A stretch of 37,296 nucleotides of DNA, taken from a virus (taxonomy: Duplodnaviria > Caudoviricetes). Below are positions 1 through 8,468 of this stretch, piece after piece. The notes under the pieces were generated by a model. It was given only the letters and a program-made list of their open reading frames with translations. It was not told the origin of the DNA and did not search any database. A program made the position numbers and the translations under genes. Location of the stretch: positions 1 to 37,296 of IMG/VR virus record IMGVR_UViG_3300026543_000090; one strand, given 5' to 3'. Numbering within the stretch: the stretch's first letter is position 1; every line of letters starts with the position of its first letter.

Positions 1-2
1 AA

Positions 3-605
3 GTTACACCCCCTATATATAAGGATGAGAATAGTAGTTTAGAGAAAGAATATGTCCCATCATCTCAGCCTTTGGCTTCGTCGATGAAACTTTCTCTCCT
101 TCTTTTCCAAAAAATCAAGTCATACAATTCATCGTTCAGAGAAAACGTCAACCTCAAGGTCTGGGCTAAACATATTGAAAAGATGATGAGAACACAGAAG
201 AGATCTGAAGAAGATGTCATTAAAGTGATTGAATGGTGCTTTGGACCTGATCCAGATTGGGACTGGGCTAAAGTCATTCAAGGTCCAGATAGTTTAAAAA
301 ACAATTTTGATAAGATGATGTGTCAAATTTTACATCCTTCAAAAAAGAAGATAGAGCAGCAAGAAATATCAAATACGATCAACGTAGAAAATGAAAATAG
401 AATTTGGTTACAACCGATTAAGAATATGGAGTTTAACCACCCAAATAAAATAAGTGTTGGAGAGCATGGAATTTCAATGACAACGGCAGAAGGGTATCAA
501 TGCATCACTTATCGAGAGTATGGAATCAAAGAGCGCGTAGAGAAACAACTCAGATTATTGAATCAATGGGAAGAATTTAAAAAAATAAAAGTGAGATTTA
601 AATGA
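3..605 (+). CDS. Phage replication initiator, C-terminal part (5'-truncated by the window edge)
   Basis: The frame of ORF 72..605 is open back to position 3 (VTPPIYKDENSSLEKEY...). It has a WAKHIEKMMR...VIEW...W.KVIQGPDSLKNNFDKM segment of the kind found in phage O/DnaD-like initiators. The matching N-terminus is at 36982..37296. Confidence 0.65.
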   Translation, partial: VTPPIYKDENSSLEKEYVPSSQPLASSMKLSLLLFQKIKSYNSSFRENVNLKVWAKHIEKMMRTQKRSEEDVIKVIEWCFGPDPDWDWAKVIQGPDSLKNNFDKMMCQILHPSKKKIEQQEISNTINVENENRIWLQPIKNMEFNHPNKISVGEHGISMTTAEGYQCITYREYGIKERVEKQLRLLNQWEEFKKIKVRFK

Positions 606-919
606 GATTACATCTACTAGAAAAATGCCTTGAAGATGTTCATAACCAGATAGATGAGCTAAGTTTTTCTGAGTTGATACGACAATGCAGAGATGTCTTG
701 GGTATCAAGCAATACAGAGCAGGTGAGTTCATGGGTATTAACCACCAACGGCTCAACAATCTTGAAACAGGATATTTTAGAAACGTCCCCACCCAGGATG
801 AGTTGAATGGTATTGGAAATTTATTTGATCTCGAGGTCTCAATGTTGGAATCGAAGGCTCAAAAACATATGAAAGAAAGAGAATTAAAAAAAAAGATAAC
901 AACTTTACATGATGGATAA
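602..919 (+). CDS. XRE-family helix-turn-helix transcriptional regulator
   Basis: LIRQCRDVLGIKQYRAGEFMGINHQRLNNLETG is a typical HTH_3 pattern; ATGA overlap with the upstream gene. Confidence 0.8.
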   Translation: MRLHLLEKCLEDVHNQIDELSFSELIRQCRDVLGIKQYRAGEFMGINHQRLNNLETGYFRNVPTQDELNGIGNLFDLEVSMLESKAQKHMKERELKKKITTLHDG

Positions 920-1106
920 GAAAAAATGTAAAATATGTTTTAACAAGAAAGACATAGAAAAAGATTTTTACAAATCTAAAAAAGGACAGATCAATCGGTG
1001 TAAGAGCTGTCACGATAAATATACAAATGCGTGGTACGAAGATCACAAAAAAAAAATCAAAGATACAACTGATACCTTTGGATTTGCTCGAAGAAGAGCT
1101 CGTTGA
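909..1106 (+). CDS. Zinc-finger (CxxC...CxxC) protein; probably the N-terminus of a gene frameshifted into 1027..1527
   Basis: KKCKICF...FYKSK...RCKSCH motif; A10 run at 1047-1056. Confidence 0.55.
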   Translation: MMDKKKCKICFNKKDIEKDFYKSKKGQINRCKSCHDKYTNAWYEDHKKKIKDTTDTFGFARRRAR

Positions 1107-1527
1107 CGATCGTGAAGATCTCAGGGATACGATTGATAGAAAACTTATTTTTGAGTTATGGGATAGGGTTTTTGTAAAATGCGAAAAAATAGACAGAACA
1201 ATGATTAGAAACTTTGAGATGGCGATTGATAGCTTTGATATTCCAATTGCAGATGATTGGTATGATGAATACCAAGTCAAAACAATAGAATTGATAGAAA
1301 GAATATTTACCAAAGGCATCATACCAGAAAAACCCGAGTGGATTAAACTGATATTTAAGGAATATATTCCATATTTAACAGCCTCTTCAGAACATATATT
1401 AAAAATAAGACCTGTTACAAAAAAAACTTATGACGCTTGGATGAAAAAATCCCTGAAAGAATATGAAACTGATACTAAATCTTTAAAAGAATATGAAACT
1501 GATACTAGAAGAAAACCCAATAGCTAA
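1027..1527 (+). CDS. Hypothetical protein (probably the C-terminal part of 909..1527)
   Basis: 166-aa ORF with no obvious RBS before 1027; it overlaps the zinc-finger ORF by 80 nt across the A10 run. Confidence 0.5.
   Translation: MRGTKITKKKSKIQLIPLDLLEEELVDDREDLRDTIDRKLIFELWDRVFVKCEKIDRTMIRNFEMAIDSFDIPIADDWYDEYQVKTIELIERIFTKGIIPEKPEWIKLIFKEYIPYLTASSEHILKIRPVTKKTYDAWMKKSLKEYETDTKSLKEYETDTRRKPNS
1447..1507 (+). repeat. 30-bp tandem duplication
   Basis: aaatccctgaaagaatatgaaactgatact followed by aaatctttaaaagaatatgaaactgatact; encodes KSLKEYETDT twice. Confidence 0.9.
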
Positions 1528-1894
1528 AGCACGCCATCGTCTTGGGAGGGGTCAAGTGTACGATCCACAGAGCGAGAAGAAAAATATGGACAGGATGATC
1601 TTCAGATCTCAGATGTTTGATAAACGCATTCTAAAGCTTCCTAAGGGACCTTTAGAGTCTACCCTTCACTTTGGTATTAGTATGCCTAGATCGTGGAGCA
1701 CAAGGCTTAAAAACAAGTTCAGAGGCCAACCATGTATAGCAAGACCAGATCTAGATAACTATATGAAGTATTATTTCGATGTCCTGAACGAAATAGCTTA
1801 TCAGGACGACGCTCATATTTCAAGAGTATGCGCAGAGAAATTTTATGTAGATGAAGGCTATGTGGAGATAAATTTAAATTCTATCAATGAGTAA
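1493..1894 (+). CDS. rusA: RusA-family Holliday junction resolvase
   Basis: NPIAKARHR N-terminus and catalytic RPDLDNYMK...DVLN.IAYQDDAHI motif. Confidence 0.9.
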   Translation: MKLILEENPIAKARHRLGRGQVYDPQSEKKNMDRMIFRSQMFDKRILKLPKGPLESTLHFGISMPRSWSTRLKNKFRGQPCIARPDLDNYMKYYFDVLNEIAYQDDAHISRVCAEKFYVDEGYVEINLNSINE

Positions 1895-2168
1895 AGACTT
1901 TTTTATTTTTCTAGCAACTCATGAAAATGCAGCTTTAATAACATTTCGAGGAGAACTAGAAGGAATATTAATAAAAAATACCAATGATTTTTTTAAAAAT
2001 GCTGACGCACTTCAAGAATTGATGGTACACGTAATGAAAAGAACAAGCTCTCAAGAAGGAAGGTGGATATGGAAAATAAGCCAGAGATGGGAAAGCATCT
2101 CAGGATGGGAATTAAATGAAGGAGACGGAGGATCAGATGAACTTCCAGATGGTGTGTACCACTTGTAA
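1887..2168 (+). CDS. Hypothetical protein
   Basis: 93-aa ORF overlapping the rusA stop in a tightly packed operon. Confidence 0.55.
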   Translation: MSKDFFIFLATHENAALITFRGELEGILIKNTNDFFKNADALQELMVHVMKRTSSQEGRWIWKISQRWESISGWELNEGDGGSDELPDGVYHL

Positions 2169-2337
2169 GGATCTTGTTTTGGTTAATGCAACAGGAACTT
2201 GCCTCGCATGTCAAAAAGGATTTTGTTCATCTCCCCAAGAAGATTCATGGAAATATCATCAAAACAAACTACTAGAACTAAAACTACAAATAGAACTACA
2301 AAAAGAAAAAGGGAAAAAAAATGAGTACAATCGATGA
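2116..2337 (+). CDS. Small zinc-finger hypothetical protein
   Basis: CTTC...CLAC motif; start uncertain. Confidence 0.5.
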   Translation: MKETEDQMNFQMVCTTCKDLVLVNATGTCLACQKGFCSSPQEDSWKYHQNKLLELKLQIELQKEKGKKNEYNR

Positions 2338-2635
2338 TTTTGTAAAAATTAAATTTACTTATAAAGACGATAAAGAAGTTAATATAAATCTATTAAGGGA
2401 TAATCTTGAGTCATTTATAAGCCATTTACATGCTAATAAAATATTTTGGGGAAAGGAAAAAGGAATGCCAGATAAAGGATTCTGGACAAATATAGAAGAC
2501 ATTCGATTGTATGAAATAGAAACTATCAAAGGATCAGAAAATGAGGGAAAAAAAAGCCTTACTGATAAAAGCCCTACAGAAATATCTAGAGTTAAAAATA
2601 AAGCTAGAGAAGGAAATCCTACAGCTAAGAAGTGA
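2321..2635 (+). CDS. Hypothetical protein
   Basis: 104-aa ORF in the operon, purine-rich RBS. Confidence 0.55.
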   Translation: MSTIDDFVKIKFTYKDDKEVNINLLRDNLESFISHLHANKIFWGKEKGMPDKGFWTNIEDIRLYEIETIKGSENEGKKSLTDKSPTEISRVKNKAREGNPTAKK

Positions 2636-2771
2636 AGAAATTAAAGCTCTTACAGATCTCACTATGGTATTTGATATAACAATGGAAGAAGAAAAAGATA
2701 AAGATTTCTTACAAGGTATTTGGCGAGGGCAAGCTTATAATACAATATTTGATGTTACAAATAAAAAATAA
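2541..2771 (+). CDS. Hypothetical coiled-coil protein
   Basis: 76-aa ORF with AAAGGA upstream; heptad-like Leu pattern. Confidence 0.5.
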   Translation: MREKKALLIKALQKYLELKIKLEKEILQLRSEEIKALTDLTMVFDITMEEEKDKDFLQGIWRGQAYNTIFDVTNKK

Positions 2772-2792
2772 ATTCCATATATAAAATGGAGT

Positions 2793-3311
2793 ATGAAATG
2801 GAATCTAGAAAAAAGAGATATTAGTGAGATTTATTTAAATGAATACAACCCAAGAACTCTTTCAAAGAAACAAGAAAAAGAACTCAAAAGATCTCTTAGA
2901 AAATTCGGACTATGCCAACCCATTATCATCAATACTATTGGAAAAATACTGGGCGGACATCAAAGAGTTAAACTCCTGCAATCCATGGGATATAACTCCA
3001 TTGATGTATACGTTCCCCAAGAACCACTTACAGAGAAAGAAGAAGAAGAACTCTCTATCCGCCTTAATAAGAACACTGGCTCGTGGAATTTTGATCTTCT
3101 TGCTGATTGCTGGGACTGTGAAGATCTTATCTCATACGGATTTAGTATGGAAGAACTTGAAATCGAGTCTATACCAGATCAAAAAAATCCTCCCACTAAA
3201 TTTATGATAAATATTAAGTGTAATAATCAAGATCAGCTAGAGAATATAGAAAGACTTATATCTGAATATATAAATCTAGAGGGAGCCACTTATAAGGTCA
3301 AAATCAGGTAA
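2793..3311 (+). CDS. ParB/Srx N-terminal domain protein (phage packaging-region type)
   Basis: NEYNPRT...LKRSLRKFGLCQPIIIN...ILGGHQRV ParBc motif; GGAG RBS. Confidence 0.85.
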   Translation: MKWNLEKRDISEIYLNEYNPRTLSKKQEKELKRSLRKFGLCQPIIINTIGKILGGHQRVKLLQSMGYNSIDVYVPQEPLTEKEEEELSIRLNKNTGSWNFDLLADCWDCEDLISYGFSMEELEIESIPDQKNPPTKFMINIKCNNQDQLENIERLISEYINLEGATYKVKIR

Positions 3312-3315
3312 AATA

Positions 3316-3660
3316 ATGAGCAAATGGTTACTTTATAGAGAGAGCAAAAGAAAAATAAAATTATTAAATTTAAACGCAGCTATATCTATAAATATTAATA
3401 AATTTATTATCGATTTTTATGGTGATTTTTTGACCGTAACTACTGAATGTGAAAGTATTAATAATGAAAATATTAATAGATGTATATGTATTCTATTTAT
3501 AGATGGATCAAAAGAGAATATTATATATGGATGTAAAGAAAAAGTTTATAATAATTTTTTCAATATAAATGAATTTTTAAAAGATAATAGTCGATCATTT
3601 TTAGAATTACAAGAAGAGGAAGAGGATGAAAAAGACAGGAAGGCCCAAAGCAGTAATTAA
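3316..3660 (+). CDS. Hypothetical protein
   Basis: 114-aa, very AT-rich ORF filling the gap between ParB-N and the TerS-like gene. Confidence 0.5.
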   Translation: MSKWLLYRESKRKIKLLNLNAAISININKFIIDFYGDFLTVTTECESINNENINRCICILFIDGSKENIIYGCKEKVYNNFFNINEFLKDNSRSFLELQEEEEDEKDRKAQSSN

Positions 3661-4018
3661 CTGGGAAGAGGTAGATAAATTATTAATAGCTGGTTGTATT
3701 GGTACTGATATTGCACATCAATTTGGGATGCATGCAGATACTTTATATGACAACTGCGTTAGAGATAATAAAGTATCTTTCTCCCTTTATGCACAACAAA
3801 AGCGCTCCCACGGTGATAACTTACTTCGAATGGTACAGTTTGATGAGGCCGTTCGTAAGAGGGATAGAGGGATGCTTATATGGCTCGGTAAGAACAGATT
3901 ATCCCAACATGATAAATCAGAAATAGCACACAAAGGAACTTTTCCAATTGAAATAGTAAACTTTGGTGATAAAGACATTACACCTTGGAAAGATGAAAAA
4001 AAAGGAAAAATAAAATGA
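3626..4018 (+). CDS. Putative terminase small subunit (HTH)
   Basis: GRPKAVINWEEVDKLLIAGC.GTDIA..FG...TLY and MLIWLGKNRL.Q.DK motifs, typical of phage small-terminase-like HTH proteins; GAGGA RBS. Confidence 0.65.
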   Translation: MKKTGRPKAVINWEEVDKLLIAGCIGTDIAHQFGMHADTLYDNCVRDNKVSFSLYAQQKRSHGDNLLRMVQFDEAVRKRDRGMLIWLGKNRLSQHDKSEIAHKGTFPIEIVNFGDKDITPWKDEKKGKIK

Positions 4019-4236
4019 ATGAAAATGAAATCAACGGACTAGAAACTATGGAATATGAACCAGATTACTCTATCTGTATGAATCTCCCTTTTGAGATATG
4101 TGATATTATGCATCGAGAAATAGGTTCAAAAGCAAACTATGTCAAGAAAAATGAATGGATTAAATATAGATTTATAGAAGGCATTAAAATGCATATAACT
4201 AAACAATTTGAAAAATCATTGAAGGAAATAAAATAA
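4015..4236 (+). CDS. Hypothetical protein, paralogous to the C-terminus of 4238..4981
   Basis: MNLPFEICDIMHREI...KNEWIKYRFIEGI aligns with IDIPKEIMNLISQEI...KSEWIYKRFMSGV. Confidence 0.6.
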   Translation: MNENEINGLETMEYEPDYSICMNLPFEICDIMHREIGSKANYVKKNEWIKYRFIEGIKMHITKQFEKSLKEIK

Positions 4237-4237
4237 T

Positions 4238-4981
4238 ATGAACCGATTTAATAAATACGAATTTTTTAATTATAAAGAAAAAAATAGTAAAAATTATGAT
4301 GAAATATATAAAGACCCTGAGATAAATGCAACTACTCTACATAAAGTAAGAAAAATACTTAAAGAAGGAGACTATGAATCTTTAAAACAAGCAAGATCTG
4401 GACAGTCAACTATAAATAGAATCTATTATAAATTGAAATCTGTAAAAACTAAAAATAATGCTACTGGAACAAGAAGAGATCCAAGAACTGCTGAAGAAGT
4501 TCAGAATATATTTAAAAAAATTAATGAATTTCCCTATGTAGATTATATACATTTTTCAACAAAAGATTTAATAAAACTAGAATTTTTTAACTCAGATGGA
4601 CAGGCAGCATCGATGAGACGTAGAGAAGAAGGACCTGGTTTTTATAGAAATGAATTAGGAAATATATATTATAAAAGAGAAGATTTTATAAAACATTTAG
4701 AAGAATTATATCCATTAGATAAAACAAACAAAATTATTAAGGTAGATGATCATATTAATGAGAAAAGACAGCTTGTTTTTCCTATTTTAGAAAAAAATAG
4801 AGACTCACGTTCATATATAGATATTCCCAAAGAAATAATGAATCTTATCTCTCAAGAAATAGCTGAAGACTGTAATCAATCTACTAAAAGTGAATGGATT
4901 TATAAAAGATTTATGAGTGGTGTTGAGGAATATCTTAATAAAAAAATAGCTAACATGTATATTAAAAAGAATTGTGCATAG
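4238..4981 (+). CDS. Multi-domain putative DNA-binding protein with a central AlpA/excisionase-like HTH
   Basis: FSTKDLIKL...RRREEGPGFYR..GNIYYKREDFIKHLEE resembles HTH_17/AlpA. Confidence 0.55.
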   Translation: MNRFNKYEFFNYKEKNSKNYDEIYKDPEINATTLHKVRKILKEGDYESLKQARSGQSTINRIYYKLKSVKTKNNATGTRRDPRTAEEVQNIFKKINEFPYVDYIHFSTKDLIKLEFFNSDGQAASMRRREEGPGFYRNELGNIYYKREDFIKHLEELYPLDKTNKIIKVDDHINEKRQLVFPILEKNRDSRSYIDIPKEIMNLISQEIAEDCNQSTKSEWIYKRFMSGVEEYLNKKIANMYIKKNCA

Positions 4982-4996
4982 AAAAAAAGGAGAACT

Positions 4997-5308
4997 ATGA
5001 AATACTTAATAACACTATTAATATTTATATCATTTGTTACAATATCATGTACAAATAATTCATATAACTTAAGAAGAACAACTATTTATCCTCCTATAGC
5101 ATGGGAATTAAAACCTGTAACTTCAACTAATTGCGAATGTATTAAAAGAGAAAAAATCTCTTTAGAATCCGCTGATATCAGTACAGAAAGTGCTGATGAA
5201 AAGGAGATTCGTCTTGAAAGATTTAAAGTAAATCCTGGAAAGAACATACATCAATGTATTTGGGAACAGTTTAATACAGATCTTAAGAATCTTAGAAAAA
5301 ATCCCTAA
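4997..5308 (+). CDS. Putative lipoprotein
   Basis: Signal peptide MKYLITLLIFISFVTISC with lipobox-like Cys; AGGAG RBS. Confidence 0.6.
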   Translation: MKYLITLLIFISFVTISCTNNSYNLRRTTIYPPIAWELKPVTSTNCECIKREKISLESADISTESADEKEIRLERFKVNPGKNIHQCIWEQFNTDLKNLRKNP

Positions 5309-5312
5309 AAGG

Positions 5313-5483
5313 ATGAACATATCCGATAAAGAAAGTCTAAAATATCCATACCCGTGCCGACATAAAATATGTAGAAAATTAGGCTACTGCGTCTGTATAG
5401 TCAAAAACATCAGAAGCTGGTTTGAAGCAAGAGAACAGCGTTATGATGTGGATGACGAGTCGAATTCTTTAGAGGATAAATAG
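5313..5483 (+). CDS. Small Cys-rich hypothetical protein (56 aa; not in ORF track)
   Basis: MNISDKESLKYPYPCRHKICRKLGYCVC...; fills the gap between neighbouring ORFs exactly. Confidence 0.45.
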   Translation: MNISDKESLKYPYPCRHKICRKLGYCVCIVKNIRSWFEAREQRYDVDDESNSLEDK

Positions 5484-5489
5484 AAAAAT

Positions 5490-5696
5490 ATGACGTGGAT
5501 TTGTGTTAAGGACAGACTACCAGGTAAATGCTGTAGAGTTCTAGTAAGCAGTAATATTGATGGAACTGGTTGTATAGTATGTAATTATGATTCTATAAGA
5601 AATAAATTTGTAGATAGTCGTACATTATTTAAGGAAGATGAGATATTAACTCCTAATTTCTGGGTAGAAATGAACTTACCCTATTTTGATGAATGA
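5490..5696 (+). CDS. DUF551-like phage protein
   Basis: MTWICVKDRLP...VLV...FWVEM.LP pattern. Confidence 0.7.
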   Translation: MTWICVKDRLPGKCCRVLVSSNIDGTGCIVCNYDSIRNKFVDSRTLFKEDEILTPNFWVEMNLPYFDE

Positions 5697-5710
5697 ATAA
5701 AGACTAAAAT

Positions 5711-5815
5711 ATGAATCCGAAGTTGTTTTTAGGTTTTGTTGTATCATTTATTATATTTTATATATTAATTGAATATATTAGAGATTTAATATTTAATTTT
5801 AAAATTAAAAAATAA
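5711..5815 (+). CDS. Small single-TM peptide (34 aa)
   Basis: MNPKLFLGFVVSFIIFYILIEYIRDLIFNFKIKK; weak RBS. Confidence 0.35.
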   Translation: MNPKLFLGFVVSFIIFYILIEYIRDLIFNFKIKK

Positions 5816-5851
5816 ATACAAAGCATCCCTTACGGTACGCCCGTGAGGCCG

Positions 5852-5876
5852 CCACGGATCCGTACCGTGGTTTTTT
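5852..5876 (+). terminator. Rho-independent terminator
   Basis: CCACGG-atccgta-CCGTGG followed by TTTTTT. Confidence 0.65.
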
Positions 5877-5960
5877 ATTTATAAGACGTTAAATTTTAAT
5901 ATCTAAAGTGATTTAGGGGGGGAATTTGGTTAAAAGTTAATAGAAGACGAATCAGACATT

Positions 5961-6089
5961 ATGGCTAAAAAAATTATCAAACAAATCAAAACCATTCAGA
6001 AAAAAGAAAAATTAACTTACAAAACTCGTAAAGGTAAGACCGTATCAATTAAGGCCACCAAAACCAGCGCTAAAATCGACAGTAGTTGA
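5961..6089 (+). CDS. Small basic Lys-rich protein (42 aa)
   Basis: MAKKIIKQIKTIQKKEKLTYKTRKGKTVSIKATKTSAKIDSS. Confidence 0.45.
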   Translation: MAKKIIKQIKTIQKKEKLTYKTRKGKTVSIKATKTSAKIDSS

Positions 6090-6102
6090 TATAATATGAG
6101 AC

Positions 6103-6222
6103 ATGGATTGGATAAGACACCTGCTGGATATAAATTTAGAACCAACTGTACTTATAGTTATAATTTTATTTATAGGAACATACGGATTAATAAACCTGAT
6201 CACTTATTTGAAAAAAAAGTAA
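6103..6222 (+). CDS. Small single-TM peptide (39 aa)
   Basis: MDWIRHLLDINLEPTVLIVIILFIGTYGLINLITYLKKK. Confidence 0.35.
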   Translation: MDWIRHLLDINLEPTVLIVIILFIGTYGLINLITYLKKK

Positions 6223-6247
6223 TCATTAGTATTTAAATTTATAACTA

Positions 6248-6499
6248 TTAATAGTTTAGTTCTTTAAAAATAACTTTCTTCATTTCATCCAGAACCTCCT
6301 CTATCTTCTCTTTTTCTTGCTTACTAAAAATAATGAAACTAATAAACATATCTCTAACAGCTATTGAAGCTTCCTGTGGTGTAAAGTTATTTACCTTTGC
6401 ACAGTCAATAAATAGAAATCTACATTCCTGGACTCTTTCCAATAGTTCTATTTCTTTAGTTCTTATTTGTATTTCTTCATCTGGTATTCTTTTTGACAT
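6248..6499 (-). CDS. Hypothetical protein, tandem paralog 3
   Basis: Shares ECR...IDCA..N.FTP.EA..A...F with the two upstream ORFs; AAGGA RBS. Confidence 0.65.
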   Translation of the reverse strand: MSKRIPDEEIQIRTKEIELLERVQECRFLFIDCAKVNNFTPQEASIAVRDMFISFIIFSKQEKEKIEEVLDEMKKVIFKELNY

Positions 6500-6752
6500 G
6501 TTCCTTATCTCTTTTGTCTATTCCTTTTAAAACGTCTTTTTTCAATGCATTTATAGACCTATTTGCTTGTGCTTTTGAAAAATCCATTCCAACAACTATC
6601 CTACTGTATAGCTCCGCACAAGCGAGAAAAAGATCTCTTTCTGTAAGTTTGTTTTCCTCAGCACAGTCAATGATTAAATCTATTGATTTATTAATTTCTT
6701 TAGCTTCTTTGGTAATGAGTTTTGTTTTTTCTTTTTCTTGTTTTTTTGACAT
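6477..6752 (-). CDS. Hypothetical protein, tandem paralog 2
   Basis: IIDCAEENKLTERDLFLACAELY segment. Confidence 0.65.
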   Translation of the reverse strand: MSKKQEKEKTKLITKEAKEINKSIDLIIDCAEENKLTERDLFLACAELYSRIVVGMDFSKAQANRSINALKKDVLKGIDKRDKEHVKKNTR

Positions 6753-6991
6753 GATTTTCTATTATTATCTAGTTGTTTAAATATAAATTCTTTCAGTCTA
6801 TCGATTGTAAACTCTATTCTATCTTTTGTAACCTCGTTCTGGATAAGTAAACTAGCAAAAATCTCTTCGGTAGCCAGAAGAGCCTCGAGTGGTTCAAATC
6901 CGTTTACTTGTGCAGATTCGATCATCACATCCCTGCATTCTAGGGCTCTTTTTATAAGTGGTTTTGGGAGCATTCGCATTCTTTCTGACAT
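6680..6991 (-). CDS. Hypothetical protein, tandem paralog 1
   Basis: ECRDVMIESAQVNGFEPLEALLATEEIF segment; AAGGA RBS. Confidence 0.65.
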   Translation of the reverse strand: MSERMRMLPKPLIKRALECRDVMIESAQVNGFEPLEALLATEEIFASLLIQNEVTKDRIEFTIDRLKEFIFKQLDNNRKSCQKNKKKKKQNSLPKKLKKLINQ

Positions 6992-7068
6992 CTAATTTCC
7001 TTCAAGTTAAAAAAAGATATTATAGAAGAATATATCATTTAAATCAATAAATTTGACATAACAGAATC

Positions 7069-8385
7069 ATGGAGAAGCTAACAATCCCTGCTTTTAAGCC
7101 TCGTGAGTATCAGTTGCCCTTCTTGGCAGCTATGGACTCAGGAATCAAGAGATCGTTGCTTGTATGGCACCGCAGAGCTGGTAAAGAGATCACCTGCTTC
7201 AATGAGATGATTAAACGTGCTTATTGGCATCGAGTTGGAACATATGTCTATTTTTTTCCGACTGCTCGTCTTGGACGCCGTGTATTATGGGATGGCATGG
7301 ATAAGACAGGTAAGCGATTTCTTGACTATATTCCATCACAAATCATCGATGGTAAGGTAAATTCCGTAGAGATGAAGATAAGACTAGTTAACGGAAGTAA
7401 TATCCAGATTATTGGGACTGATCAGATCATCAATGTAGGGATTAACCCGGTTGGATGCATCTTTTCTGAATTTGCTCTTCAAGATCCCTATTCATGGAAC
7501 TATATTCGTCCTATTTTGAGAGAGAATGACGGCTGGGCTATCTTTAACAGTACGCCAAGAGGACGCAATCATTTTTTTGATCTATATTTGATGGCTAAGA
7601 AGAATCCTGACTGGTTTTGTCAAAAACTTACAATTGAAGATACCCATGTAATCAGTGAAGAAGACATAGAAAAAGAAAGATTGGAGGGAATGAGTGATAT
7701 TCTCATTCAACAGGAATTTTATTGCTCTTTCGATCAAGGAGCTGAGGGATCGTATTATGCTAAATATGTTAATAAAGCCGAGTTAGAGGGTCGTATTTCA
7801 AAAGTATCCTATGATCCTATGGCTAGTGTTAGCACATTTTGGGACCTCGGGGTAGCGGATTCTACTGTAATAATATTCACACAGAATATTGGAAAAGAAA
7901 TTCATTTAATTGATATGTACATAAATCAGGGGGAAGGTTTAAATCACTATTCAAAAGTCGTTCAAGACAAAGCTAGGGAAGGTAACTGGACTTATGGCGA
8001 CCACTGTGCACCTCACGACATCCGGGTAAGAGAATTGGGGACAGGAGCACAGAGTCGTCTTCAGATAGCAAGAGAATTAGGCATCAATTTTCTTGTGGTG
8101 CCGAATCTTCCGATAGCTGAAGGTATTGAATTGACTAGAGGAATCTTTCCCCGCCTTTGGTTTGATTCGGATAAATGTTCATATTTAATAAAGGCTCTAG
8201 AAAATTATCACAAGCACTATAATGAAAAACTTAATGTTTACAGCGATCGCCCCGTTCATGATTGGTCTTCACATGTGGCGGATGCTGTTCGGATGATGGC
8301 CATCATGCAGAATAAGAAGCGTGGGGGAAGTATGTCTGAAGAAGACGCGGATCGTATGGAATCCTTATACGTTAAAAAGTTTTAA
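7069..8385 (+). CDS. terL: Terminase large subunit
   Basis: Walker A WHRRAGK, Walker B CIFSEFA, motif III NSTPRGRNHF, QQEFYCSF, nuclease WDLGVADST and HDWSSHVADAVR. Confidence 0.95.
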   Translation: MEKLTIPAFKPREYQLPFLAAMDSGIKRSLLVWHRRAGKEITCFNEMIKRAYWHRVGTYVYFFPTARLGRRVLWDGMDKTGKRFLDYIPSQIIDGKVNSVEMKIRLVNGSNIQIIGTDQIINVGINPVGCIFSEFALQDPYSWNYIRPILRENDGWAIFNSTPRGRNHFFDLYLMAKKNPDWFCQKLTIEDTHVISEEDIEKERLEGMSDILIQQEFYCSFDQGAEGSYYAKYVNKAELEGRISKVSYDPMASVSTFWDLGVADSTVIIFTQNIGKEIHLIDMYINQGEGLNHYSKVVQDKAREGNWTYGDHCAPHDIRVRELGTGAQSRLQIARELGINFLVVPNLPIAEGIELTRGIFPRLWFDSDKCSYLIKALENYHKHYNEKLNVYSDRPVHDWSSHVADAVRMMAIMQNKKRGGSMSEEDADRMESLYVKKF

Positions 8386-8468
8386 TAATAGATAGTAATC
8401 AGAAGGAATAAATCTAGATTTGTATGATAAGAATTTTTTAATTTCTATAGAAGAAATATTTATGTATT

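Noticed and set aside
777-1322. 181-aa minus-strand ORF and other short overlapping alternative-frame ORFs (e.g. 2839..3207, 12059..12361)
   Set aside because: They overlap better-supported plus-strand genes and show no recognisable motifs.
2545-2555. G GGA AAA slippery heptamer in the overlap of 2321..2635 and 2541..2771
   Set aside because: A -1 shift leads into the third frame, not the 2541 ORF, which has its own RBS.
5826-5880. HDV-like or hammerhead ribozyme, or tRNA fragment
   Set aside because: I could not build the nested double pseudoknot, the CUGAnGA/GAAA core, or a cloverleaf.
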